DNA of 64,000 nt. It comes from a virus. The DNA lies in IMG/VR virus record IMGVR_UViG_3300045988_052641, positions 1-64,000 of that record; one strand, written 5' to 3'. The notes below the pieces were generated by a model, which had not been told where the DNA came from, did not search any database, and saw nothing but the letters and a program-made list of their open reading frames with translations. Positions 19,238 to 27,664 of the stretch are shown piece after piece (position 1 is the stretch's first letter; the number at the start of each line of letters is the position of its first letter). The translations under genes and the position numbers were made by a program.

Positions 19238-21199
19238 TTACTTTACAGGAGGAAAATTGTCACCTTTAGCTGGTGATTCTTCTGGCTTCTTGCCAGTGAT
19301 TATTTGCTTAAGCGAATCTGCAATAGGCAAATTACGGGCAATTTCCAAACTCGGAGCAAGATTCTTAGCCATATTAGCCATGAACTGTCCAGCAGTGTTG
19401 GAATCACCATACACAGTAACATTACCAAGCTGGATATGTTCAAATACCTTAGCGTTGGCTTCAGCAACTTCCTTCCACCTGTCGGTCATTGCATATTGAA
19501 CGATTGCTTCAGGATGCATACCTGATTTAATCATATGTTCAACTGCAAGAGCCGGAGCCATTTCCATTGCCTGTTTCTGTTCAGCTTCTGCCATTAAAGA
19601 TGCTTTCTTACCTTCAGCTTCGGCAAGAAGTTTCTTCTTAGTACCTTCAGCTTCTGCTTCCAGTTGCATCTTAGTAGCATTTGCTTTAGCTTCTGCTGCT
19701 TTCAAGATTTTAGCTGCTTCCGCTTCTGCTTCAAGAATGGCTACACTCTTAACAGCTTCTGCTTCAATCTTAGCTTTCTCTTTGGCCTTCTCGGCAGGTA
19801 TAATCACTTCGGCTTTAAGCTTAGCTTCTTCAGCTTTAGCTTTAGCTTCATTAACTTCTACCTGACGTTCCTGCTCTGTTTTAGCAACTGCCATTTGAGC
19901 TTCAACTTTGGAAGTACCAGCTACTCTTTCAGCTTCAGCTTTAGCTTTCTCTGCTTCTCCCTTAGCTTTGGAAACTTCAATAGTAGCTTTCTGTTCAGCT
20001 ACTCCTGCTGCTTTCTCTGCTTCAGCTGCCTTTTGACGGGCTTCTGATTCATACTGTGCAGTTTTAGCTTCTTTCTCCTGCTGTGCTTTAACAGTTTCAG
20101 CTTCTTGGTTTTGTGCTGCTACTGCCATACGAACTTCCTTCTCTGCTTCTGCTTCTGCCTTAGCGGCTTCAGCTTTGGCAGTAAATTCTGCTTCTTTAGC
20201 AGTTGCATAAGCTTGCTGCTCTGCAATCTTGGCAGTTCTCAATGCTTCTTGCTCGGCAACTTTGGAAGCTTCTTCAGTTTGGGCTGTAGCCACACCAATT
20301 TCACGTTCCTTTCTTTGCTCTGCAACAGCAATTTGTTGTTCCTTATGCTGCTCGGCCAATTGAGTTTCTTTCTCTTTAGTGGTCTTAGCAATAGCAACTT
20401 CTTTCTCCCTGTTAGTTTCAGCCACTATAGTTTCTTGCTCCTTAGTAGCTGCTGCAATTGCAATCTCCTTCTCTCTCGTAGTTTGAGCTATCTGGATTGC
20501 TCCTTTCTTCTCTTCTTCTGCGATATCAGCTTGTGATTGCGCTCTTGCTTTAGTCTCTTCTTTCTTACCAAGATTATCAATATATTGAGCAGCATCTTGA
20601 ATGTCACTGATATTGATATTCATCAGATAAAGACCAAGTTTGTTCAATTCCGTATTGATATTGTCTCTAGCTTGAGCTAGGAACTTGTCTCTGTCAGAGT
20701 TAAGCTCTTCAATAGTCATCGAAGCAATAACAAGCCTCATCTGACCATAAACAATATCTGAAATCAAACTTTCTTTAACGTCATCATCAGCACCTAGTAA
20801 GCGATTAGCAGCATTCTGCATAATCAGCGGTTCTTGGCTAATAGCAACAGTTACAGTGGTAGGGATAGTTACACGAATATTTTGAGCTGACAAAGCATTC
20901 TTCAATACAAGATTCAATTGAATCGGTTGCATTGACATTACTTCATAACCCTGTATAATCGGCCATACAAAAGCTGCACCACCATGATAAACCTTGGCAG
21001 TTTTAATTTCAACTTCTCTGTCAACCAGATTACCTTTAGCGTCGCGTTCGCTAACTTTCTCTTTGTGAGAGCCTGTTTTACCATAAACTACCAACAATTC
21101 GTCAGATTTACATTTACGGTAGCGGGATAGAATCCCAATGATAGTGATGATTGCAACTAGTACAACTACACCAACGATAATTAATGATGTCATTTCCAT
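19238..21199 (-). CDS. SPFH/flotillin-like (band 7, YqiK-like) membrane protein
   Basis: N-terminal TM helix, SPFH-like region, then ~350 aa Ala/Glu/Lys-rich coiled coil with AEAEA repeats as in bacterial flotillins. Confidence 0.7.
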   Translation of the reverse strand: MEMTSLIIVGVVVLVAIITIIGILSRYRKCKSDELLVVYGKTGSHKEKVSERDAKGNLVDREVEIKTAKVYHGGAAFVWPIIQGYEVMSMQPIQLNLVLKNALSAQNIRVTIPTTVTVAISQEPLIMQNAANRLLGADDDVKESLISDIVYGQMRLVIASMTIEELNSDRDKFLAQARDNINTELNKLGLYLMNINISDIQDAAQYIDNLGKKEETKARAQSQADIAEEEKKGAIQIAQTTREKEIAIAAATKEQETIVAETNREKEVAIAKTTKEKETQLAEQHKEQQIAVAEQRKEREIGVATAQTEEASKVAEQEALRTAKIAEQQAYATAKEAEFTAKAEAAKAEAEAEKEVRMAVAAQNQEAETVKAQQEKEAKTAQYESEARQKAAEAEKAAGVAEQKATIEVSKAKGEAEKAKAEAERVAGTSKVEAQMAVAKTEQERQVEVNEAKAKAEEAKLKAEVIIPAEKAKEKAKIEAEAVKSVAILEAEAEAAKILKAAEAKANATKMQLEAEAEGTKKKLLAEAEGKKASLMAEAEQKQAMEMAPALAVEHMIKSGMHPEAIVQYAMTDRWKEVAEANAKVFEHIQLGNVTVYGDSNTAGQFMANMAKNLAPSLEIARNLPIADSLKQIITGKKPEESPAKGDNFPPVK

Positions 21200-21212
21200 C
21201 TTGAAATTGGTA

Positions 21213-21734
21213 TTAATCTATGTATAATTTATTGTCTTCGTATTTACGAATCGTTACTGGCTCATTGACAGGATATATCTTCTTATTAAGAGATACAACT
21301 TCTACTTCTCTCAATGCTCCACTTATGTTCACGGATGCCAAATGGCGCCCTTCACCTAAATGTACATAGATAGTAGCAGTTCTGCCAACTAAGTTAGTCT
21401 TCGGTTCGTCTTTAGGAAGGTTCTGCAATTTCATACAGAACTTATATAAATGATACAGCATAAATACAAATACAAGACCTATAAAGAATCCTATTAACCA
21501 ATCAATCCAGGTTACTTCATAACCTAATAATTGCTTAATAGATGTCCATCCTCCGAATCCCATGAAGAAATGGATAAATCCTTTAAAGGATACAACATCA
21601 CTGACATCAAAATCAGCATCACCATCAAAGTCTACGTCGACATCGAACTCCCCAGCAACCCATGATATTATGAATTGTAGGATAAATATACCATAGGCGA
21701 TGCCTCCTAAGATATAATACAAGTTATTGTCCAT
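21213..21734 (-). CDS. NfeD-like (YqiJ-like) membrane protein
   Basis: N-terminal TM segments, acidic DVDVDFDGDADFDVSD stretch, C-terminal beta domain; sits immediately upstream of the flotillin gene as in yqiJK operons. Confidence 0.6.
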   Translation of the reverse strand: MDNNLYYILGGIAYGIFILQFIISWVAGEFDVDVDFDGDADFDVSDVVSFKGFIHFFMGFGGWTSIKQLLGYEVTWIDWLIGFFIGLVFVFMLYHLYKFCMKLQNLPKDEPKTNLVGRTATIYVHLGEGRHLASVNISGALREVEVVSLNKKIYPVNEPVTIRKYEDNKLYID

Positions 21735-21763
21735 CTTACTAATAATTATTTAATCTATTAAAG

Positions 21764-21838
21764 TGGGGCGAAATGGAGTCGAACCATTATCTCTGGATTT
21801 TCAGTCCAGCGCGAACTGACCACCTGCGCTACCGCCCC
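21764..21838 (-). tRNA. tRNA-Phe(GAA)
   Basis: acceptor GGGGCGG/TCGCCCC, anticodon arm CTGGA-CTGAAAA-TCCAG, T-arm AATGGTTCGACTCCATT. Confidence 0.8.
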
Positions 21839-22137
21839 ATACTGCCTACACATACGTCTTCACTGGATTTTATGCTTTATTACGCCAGTTGCTTTGGACA
21901 GTCTAAATCCTTCGGTGCTGTACAGCTATACATATATTAACGAGGCCTCAACATTAATTAAGCTGCCATCGCACCTACTCCCATTACTTCGTCACGCAAC
22001 GTACCCTACATTCCACTTTAGGATTTTCACCTAACCACATCCTCGGCATTCCGTTTCAAGATAAAATATAACTCTGCTGAATAAGTCAAACCAAACAGGA
22101 AGATTTATGATACGTTTATACCTAAACAGCAGAATTG

Positions 22138-22211
22138 GGTGACATACGAGACTTGAACTCGTAACCCTTAGAACCACAACCTAATGCTCTGCCAATTGAG
22201 CTAATGCCACC
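22138..22211 (-). tRNA. tRNA-His(GTG) with encoded G-1
   Basis: extra 5' G pairing with C73, anticodon arm TTAGG-TTGTGGT-TCTAA, T-arm ACGAGTTCAAGTCTCGT. Confidence 0.85.
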
Positions 22212-22219
22212 ATATTGAG

Positions 22220-22798
22220 TTATTGCAACTCTAATCCTTCTTTTAGTGCCCTAGTATATGCCATTCTAGCAAAGAATAGTTCAGCCACAGCCATAACTAC
22301 TGGCTCTGCTAACTCTTCGGCTTCTTCAGCTCTTTCTTCTTTGGGCTTAGATTCTACATATTCTAGTAATTCCAACACAGCTCTATTAGCTTCGACCAGG
22401 CGACTATAAGCAATGCGAACTTGTTTATAGTTCTTATATCTTTCTCGATATGGTCTTATTGCATTCCATGAATATGAAGCAGCTACTATTATTGATATGG
22501 CACATAGTACCATAAATCCGAAGGATTCTCCTTTAGACCATGCTGAATAGATTTGACACAATACAGCACCCAAACATAGATTCTGTCCTATAAAGAGGGA
22601 CAATAAGAACCAATAAGCTGAAAAGGCTTTCTTTGCTTCATCAAGTAATGATGCTGACTCCTTTAGCTTCTCTTGTTCAGCTTTTAATGAGTCAATTGAC
22701 ACTTCCATAGCTTCTCCTTCGTCTGAATCTTTAAGGCGTTCATATTCCTCTTCACTAATCTTGGTTATTTTCAAATCTTCTAATTCTTCTCGATTCAT
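22220..22798 (-). CDS. hypothetical membrane protein (2 TM)
   Basis: 192 aa ORF with central hydrophobic helices flanked by acidic coiled-coil segments. Confidence 0.5.
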   Translation of the reverse strand: MNREELEDLKITKISEEEYERLKDSDEGEAMEVSIDSLKAEQEKLKESASLLDEAKKAFSAYWFLLSLFIGQNLCLGAVLCQIYSAWSKGESFGFMVLCAISIIVAASYSWNAIRPYRERYKNYKQVRIAYSRLVEANRAVLELLEYVESKPKEERAEEAEELAEPVVMAVAELFFARMAYTRALKEGLELQ

Positions 22799-22964
22799 TA
22801 CCTTTCAATTTAAGTTCAATATATTTTACTTTTGTCTCCTATATGCACGACTTCTATTAGCATTTCCAGTAACTCCATATAGCCTACCGATTACTTCATA
22901 GGACAAATTCTGGACTAGTATTAAATTCTCTAATTCTTCCTTGTTATATTTGCTCATAATATTC

Positions 22965-23012
22965 GCACAATTTTAACTGCACAATTTTAACTGCACAATT
23001 TTAACTGCACAA
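22965..23012. repeat. 14-bp tandem repeat GCACAATTTTAACT x ~3.4
   Basis: direct reading of sequence; intergenic between membrane protein gene and tRNA-Ala. Confidence 0.9.
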
Positions 23013-23074
23013 ATATACGAACATTCAAGTTCGAATCCAATAAAATTCAACACTTTCTAAATTATTAGACCTAG

Positions 23075-23145
23075 TGGAGGCACCGAGAATCGAACTCGGG
23101 TCTTTAGCGTGCAAGGCTAACATAATTGCCACTATACTATGCCCC
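23075..23145 (-). tRNA. tRNA-Ala(TGC)-like with imperfect acceptor stem
   Basis: anticodon arm TTAGC-CTTGCAC-GCTAA and T-arm CCGAGTTCGATTCTCGG are perfect, G3-U70 present, but acceptor GGGGCAT versus TGCCTCC pairs only with a bulge. Confidence 0.55.
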
Positions 23146-23333
23146 TATATTTAGCCACACTATCGTAGGGCTATCAGCTCCCAACGTCCGACTGATTACG
23201 GAAGGTTACCTACCGGTCTGATAACCTATAAAATGCACAATTACTTAGTCATGCCCCAACTGTTCTTGTCAGTCTCCGACTCCAACCCATAGCATGTTAT
23301 AGAACTCTACATGCATACCCTCCTCATTGTGCA

Positions 23334-23636
23334 CTATTTTAAACCTATCATTTCAGCAATTTCTTCAAATGAATAATTCAGAAATAGTCTATCCATATCT
23401 GCATCAGATTTAACCCATTTAGGTCTAGGATATATAAGAGTAGGAGAATGTCCTCTCTCATGTAATCCATACACTACTTCCTTCTTACCTTTAATAAGAC
23501 GAAGGTCAATATGCTCTGACATAGAAGAATAAAATCCTATATTAGAATCTTCTACATATGTAGAACCCTTCTTAGACATTACCTTGCGATAAGGTTTATA
23601 CCCTTTACTAATTAAATACTCTATGAACCCAATCAT
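23334..23636 (-). CDS. hypothetical protein
   Basis: 100 aa ORF. Confidence 0.45.
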   Translation of the reverse strand: MIGFIEYLISKGYKPYRKVMSKKGSTYVEDSNIGFYSSMSEHIDLRLIKGKKEVVYGLHERGHSPTLIYPRPKWVKSDADMDRLFLNYSFEEIAEMIGLK

Positions 23637-23651
23637 GTTAACTATTATTAG

Positions 23652-23724
<73 letters not shown>

Positions 23725-23794
23725 ATCATCAGAAGGCAAATTGAACTACATGACACAGTAAAAGTGCTGATGCCTTCTTATATTACCCATTCAG

Positions 23795-24145
23795 TTATTC
23801 TAGATTAGGTAATTTTCTTGTTTCTTTCTTAAACTGTCTCCTATTATAGCGTTCTCCTTTACATATAGGACAACTACAAGGAGTACTGGTTGTTTTGTAG
23901 GCAAACGTATATTTAGAATTATATAATTCTGTCCAATGTCTACCTCTTGCCGTTTTATCTGGATTATACCAGTAGGCAGCGTGGAGTTTAATCCTAGTAA
24001 TATACTTCTGGTCTTTCTTTAGGTTCCTCCACCTTTTGTTTCTTTGGATTAGTGAATCCTTCAGTCTCTCCGTTCTTAGTTCTTCCATCGTCTCTATCAT
24101 TAGTGTTAATAATGTCTTGAGACGGGTTGTAGCCGGTTCCAACAA
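23795..24145 (-). CDS. hypothetical Cys-containing small protein (CSCPIC zinc-ribbon-like)
   Basis: 116 aa ORF. Confidence 0.4.
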   Translation of the reverse strand: MLEPATTRLKTLLTLMIETMEELRTERLKDSLIQRNKRWRNLKKDQKYITRIKLHAAYWYNPDKTARGRHWTELYNSKYTFAYKTTSTPCSCPICKGERYNRRQFKKETRKLPNLE

Positions 24146-24194
24146 ACTTCTTCATATCCAATCCTGTTAAATTAATTCCTTTCATACGATAATT

Positions 24195-24542
24195 TTACAA
24201 TCTGTTAAATACTGCATGTTCCTTTAACCACTCTTGATAGAGCTTATCATCATAGTTACCTGAATACTCCCAATGAAATCTACTACATTCTATAGTCTTT
24301 AGTAAGAACTTCATCACAGACCTTGTATTAGCCTTCTTTGATATAGATGAAATGTAAAACTTCTCTTTATCAAAATCATAGTATCCTCGTAATACCACTC
24401 GGCGAGAATTTTGTCTATTTAAGTAAATTCTTGCCAACAACTTGGAGTTATTGTCTACATATCGAGTAGGTATGAATTTATAAGCCATCTGATTCAGCCA
24501 GCAATAAAGTAATACCAATACAATAGGCATTATTGACTGCAT
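24195..24542 (-). CDS. hypothetical protein
   Basis: 115 aa ORF. Confidence 0.45.
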   Translation of the reverse strand: MQSIMPIVLVLLYCWLNQMAYKFIPTRYVDNNSKLLARIYLNRQNSRRVVLRGYYDFDKEKFYISSISKKANTRSVMKFLLKTIECSRFHWEYSGNYDDKLYQEWLKEHAVFNRL

Positions 24543-24801
24543 TCAACCTTTTCTTGAGTTCCTTCTTAGCCTTTCTGGACAACTTTGGGTACTCTGCATA
24601 TAAATCCTGTTCAGCGGCTCTACTTGCTTCGCTTAATTGCTCAAGTAAAGCATTAACATCTTCTTTAGTTTTGTAATCCTTAAGAAGGACTCTAACTAAT
24701 GTGGGACGTTTTACCATTTCTCGCATTCCAGATTCGTACACTCTACAAATTTGGTTTCTACTTAACGTAGACACTCTCCTTAATTTCACTTTAAACTTCA
24801 T
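24478..24801 (-). CDS. hypothetical protein
   Basis: 107 aa ORF. Confidence 0.45.
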   Translation of the reverse strand: MKFKVKLRRVSTLSRNQICRVYESGMREMVKRPTLVRVLLKDYKTKEDVNALLEQLSEASRAAEQDLYAEYPKLSRKAKKELKKRLNAVNNAYCIGITLLLAESDGL

Positions 24802-24820
24802 AGTACACTCAAATTAGTTG

Positions 24821-24906
24821 AGGAAGCAGAGGGATTCGAACCCCCGGACCCCGAAGGACCTCCGCATTTCAAGTGCGGTGCAATCGACCAACTCTGCCAT
24901 ACTTCC
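24821..24906 (-). tRNA. tRNA-Ser(TGA), class II
   Basis: acceptor GGAAGTA/TGCTTCC, anticodon arm CCGCA-CTTGAAA-TGCGG, long variable arm, T-arm GGGGGTTCGAATCCCTC. Confidence 0.75.
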
Positions 24907-24916
24907 AATTAATAAG

Positions 24917-24991
24917 CACGCCCTGCACGACTCGAACATGCAACACACCCAGTTTTGGAGACAGGGGCTCTACCGATTGAGCTAAGGACGC
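24917..24991 (-). tRNA. tRNA-Trp(CCA)
   Basis: acceptor GCGTCCT/AGGGCGT, anticodon loop CTCCAAA, T-arm GCATGTTCGAGTCGTGC. Confidence 0.7.
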
Positions 24992-25105
24992 ATCAATTTT
25001 AGATTGTGGAATCTTTAAAGATGTAATACAGTACTACTAGCACTATAGCTCCCACAATGTAAGCACCAAAACTATGCATAATCTTATAATTTAATGTTAA
25101 TAATG

Positions 25106-25180
25106 CGGGAAGGGCGAGACTCAAACTCGCTATCTTCGGCTTAACAGGCCGCAGCTGTATACCACTTAAGCTTCCTTCCC
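25106..25180 (-). tRNA. tRNA-Asn(GTT)
   Basis: acceptor GGGAAGG/CCTTCCC, anticodon loop CTGTTAA, T-arm GCGAGTTTGAGTCTCGC. Confidence 0.8.
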
Positions 25181-25535
25181 AAATGTTTAATTGACCTATC
25201 CCGATTGCATCGGAGTTAATCCCTATGGTAAGGAACTACTCCTGTTGGATACCACGTGTAGCTATCAGCTGACACTTTGAAATACCAACGAACTGCTTTC
25301 TTAATTAACTTAAATAGTCTCATAATACATCAGTTTTAGTCAATAAATAAATAATCTAGCTCATCGCTAAACAGCAACCAAAGCAAAATACTAGCAACAA
25401 TAATACTCCAGTGAATGGATTAAATTGATGTTGAGCTATACAAGCAACTGTTCCTATAACAGAACCAATTACTAACAATACTCCAATAATCTTACTCATA
25501 AATGTATCTGATTTTAAATTAATAATCTAAATAAA

Positions 25536-25561
25536 CCACTCTATCTTCACAGACTGAGTGG
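25536..25561. repeat. conserved stem-loop element, copy a (ACCACTC-TATCTTCACAGACT-GAGTGGT)
   Basis: member of 4-copy hairpin family with conserved 14-nt loop and covarying stems. Confidence 0.6.
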
Positions 25562-25604
25562 TCAAACTCGTTCTTTGACATCATGTACAATCTTAGTACA
25601 TATG

Positions 25605-25676
25605 TGATTCCGCAGGGACTTGAACCCTGTTCTATAGATTAAAAGTCTATAGCATATCCATACATGCTCCGGAATC
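25605..25676 (-). tRNA. tRNA-Lys(TTT)
   Basis: acceptor GATTCCG/CGGAATC, anticodon arm ATAGA-CTTTTAA-TCTAT, T-arm CAGGGTTCAAGTCCCTG. Confidence 0.85.
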
Positions 25677-25759
25677 ATCCGCAGAAGGCGCGTTATCAAA
25701 AACATGTAAACTGTACAATGATTAGTGCTGTACGCCTTCTTATGTTTCACTAAATCGAG

Positions 25760-25831
25760 AGTGGGCTGACGGAATCGAACCGTCCTAACCGCTTTTGCAG
25801 AGCGGCCCCTAAACCTCTCGGGTAAGCCCAC
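25760..25831 (-). tRNA. tRNA-Cys(GCA)
   Basis: acceptor GTGGGCT/AGCCCAC, anticodon arm CCGCT-CTGCAAA-AGCGG, T-arm GACGGTTCGATTCCGTC. Confidence 0.8.
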
Positions 25832-25962
25832 ATATCAATACGACTTATGGGCTTAACTATGAAACAGGTTAATCAAATCATAAATTAAAAGTTGTTGGGT
25901 TGATTTGATGATTGTTTAGTGAAACTATATATTATTGTGTTAATTATGGTTCTTATTAAAAC

Positions 25963-25988
25963 TACTCTATTCTCACGAACTGAGTAGT
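25963..25988. repeat. conserved stem-loop element, copy b (CTACTC-TATTCTCACGAACT-GAGTAG)
   Basis: compensatory C>T / G>A stem changes relative to copy a. Confidence 0.6.
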
Positions 25989-26044
25989 TGTCCATATTTG
26001 CTATTATGGGATTATCAGCATCCTCTCTTGGATGCCACGGGGAG

Positions 26045-26117
26045 TATGGGTAGCCAGACTCGAACTGGCGACAACTAGGTCCCAAACCTAGCATTCTACC
26101 TACTGAATTACACCCAT
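26045..26117 (-). tRNA. tRNA-Pro(TGG)
   Basis: anticodon arm CTAGG-TTTGGGA-CCTAG, D-arm ATTCAGTAGGTAGAAT, T-arm GCCAGTTCGAGTCTGGC. Confidence 0.75.
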
Positions 26118-26219
26118 AACTACAGAAGTCTCTTAGTTTAATTAAAATCATAAAATATGAAACACTTTCTTTCGTGCTGTAAGACTTCTTATTCAAAGCT
26201 ATTGAAAATTGTTGTATTG

Positions 26220-26286
26220 TGGGTGTACTTGAACCAAGGACTTACACGTTATCAGCGTGTTACTCTACCACCTGAGTTATACACCC
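26220..26286 (-). tRNA. tRNA-Ile(GAT)-like with truncated T-arm (possible pseudogene, ~67 nt)
   Basis: canonical acceptor GGGTGTA/TACACCC, D-arm ACTCAGGTGGTAGAGT and anticodon arm ACACG-CTGATAA-CGTGT, but 3' strand of T-stem is absent. Confidence 0.45.
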
Positions 26287-26386
26287 ATCATCAGAAGACA
26301 ATAGATTCATTTACTTATGCCAACATACAGGAAATTGCTGTTTGTCTTCTTAGCATTCTGAAAATGCAAATGTACAATGATTGTAG

Positions 26387-26453
26387 TTGCGGTCGGACGA
26401 TTCGAACGTCGTCTCTTATGAGCCCAGTAAGCTACCATTGCTCCACCACCGCA
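26387..26453 (-). tRNA. initiator-like tRNA(CAT) with unpaired anticodon stem (possible pseudogene, ~67 nt)
   Basis: GGTAGCTTACTGGGCTCATAA resembles bacterial tRNA-fMet anticodon region, T-arm GACGTTCGAATCGTC present, but 3' anticodon-stem strand does not pair and variable loop is missing. Confidence 0.4.
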
Positions 26454-26455
26454 AG

Positions 26456-26527
26456 TGCCCCATGTTGGACTCGAACCAACGCCATACAAGTTTAGAATTT
26501 GCTCTTCTACCACTGAAGTAATGGGGC
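26456..26527 (-). tRNA. suppressor-type tRNA, anticodon CTA (reads UAG amber)
   Basis: perfect acceptor GCCCCAT/ATGGGGC, D-arm CTTCAGTGGTAGAAG, anticodon arm GCAAA-TTCTAAA-CTTGT (U33, A37), T-arm GTTGGTTCGAGTCCAAC. Confidence 0.6.
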
Positions 26528-26653
26528 GACAGAGGGTTTTACGAGATTACCCACAACTCATCAACTATTCGATAATTTGATTCCACTGTTCAAGTGTAAG
26601 TTCCTTGACTACTATGCCATTTAGTTCAAATGGAGTATATTGGTTTCGCATAA

Positions 26654-26950
26654 TCATTTCCCTTTAATTTGTTTACACATGTTAATAAACTCATCATCCG
26701 ATTCACATATAATCGGATTCGTTTCCTTGAGATACATCTCCAGATAGGCTTCTTTAGACAAATCGTCCACGTCATCCGGATACACACCATGTACATCATA
26801 TGACATATGAGAACCCCAGCAACTAAGCCAATCAGCATCCTCAAATGTAGTACATATACACACACTTAACCCAGCATCCTCTAGTTTCTTACGAAGTTCT
26901 GGAGTATTCTTCTTAATAAGACAGTGTTCACTCATGGATTTAATACACAT
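26654..26950 (-). CDS. hypothetical protein
   Basis: 98 aa ORF. Confidence 0.45.
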   Translation of the reverse strand: MCIKSMSEHCLIKKNTPELRKKLEDAGLSVCICTTFEDADWLSCWGSHMSYDVHGVYPDDVDDLSKEAYLEMYLKETNPIICESDDEFINMCKQIKGK

Positions 26951-27156
26951 AAACCACCTTTCTCGGAATCTCTAAGCACGTACTTAGTACCTGGAATACC
27001 AGGTCCTGATACCTTATAAATGGTTAGTTCGTTAATAAATTCATACTGCACTCTGTTGATTTTATAATCTCCATTAGTAGCAGCAGACTCATTGATTGAT
27101 GCTTTACTTGTGGTTGCAAATAATGCCAAGAAGGTAAATACTCCACATAATCTCAT
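26932..27156 (-). CDS. small secreted protein
   Basis: 74 aa, N-terminal signal-peptide-like MRLCGVFTFLALFATTSKA. Confidence 0.45.
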   Translation of the reverse strand: MRLCGVFTFLALFATTSKASINESAATNGDYKINRVQYEFINELTIYKVSGPGIPGTKYVLRDSEKGGLCVLNP

Positions 27157-27171
27157 CTATTATTAATAATG

Positions 27172-27243
27172 AGCGGGATAACAGAATTGAACTGTCATCT
27201 TCAGCTTGGAAGGCTGTTATAATAACCATTATACGAATCCCGC
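27172..27243 (-). tRNA. tRNA-Gly(TCC)
   Basis: acceptor GCGGGAT/ATCCCGC, anticodon loop CTTCCAA, T-arm GACAGTTCAATTCTGTT. Confidence 0.75.
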
Positions 27244-27249
27244 AGTTTA

Positions 27250-27277
27250 CTTCTACTATTCTCTCGAACCATAGAAG
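27250..27277. repeat. conserved stem-loop element, copy c (CTTCTA-cTATTCTCTCGAACCa-TAGAAG)
   Basis: same loop consensus as copies a,b,d. Confidence 0.6.
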
Positions 27278-27330
27278 GGTTTGTCGAGTTTGACCTCAAC
27301 AGATATTGTATTTAATTATCGCAGTGTGAG

Positions 27331-27414
27331 TGGGCCCGGGAGGACTCGAACCTCCAGTCCAATTAAGGAGTAGATTTACAGTCTACGCGGCTACCAATTA
27401 CCGGTTACGTGCCC
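27331..27414 (-). tRNA. tRNA-Tyr(GTA), class II
   Basis: anticodon arm GTAGA-CTGTAAA-TCTAC, long variable arm, T-arm GGAGGTTCGAGTCCTCC; one A-G mismatch in acceptor. Confidence 0.8.
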
Positions 27415-27525
27415 GAATCACACAATCCATATTAACTGTGAATTGTGAGTGCAAAGGTAATGAATCTTCCCCACATGTAAAAGTTAATATGTATTAAATA
27501 CGATAGAAGTTTGCTCGGTATTAAA

Positions 27526-27561
27526 CTAAGCTCACATATTCTCTCGAACCGATGAGCTTAG
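27526..27561. repeat. conserved stem-loop element, copy d (CTAAGCTCA-caTATTCTCTCGAACCga-TGAGCTTAG)
   Basis: 9-bp perfect stem, same loop core TATTCTCTCGAACC as copy c. Confidence 0.6.
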
Positions 27562-27664
27562 TAGTTATTCAACAATTGCAGATACTTTAACTCGTAATAA
27601 TGACTATGAGTCGAGATAGAAATGACACTGCATATGTTGAAAGAATCATATTAATAAAATGGTG

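Noticed and set aside
19257-20536. Plus-strand ORFs 19257-19499, 19304-19525, 19664-20047 and 20105-20536 (Phe/Ser/Cys/Leu-rich)
   Set aside because: They are antisense to the Ala/Glu/Lys-rich coiled-coil region of the flotillin gene, have low-complexity translations and lack start contexts. They are shadow ORFs of a repetitive coding region.
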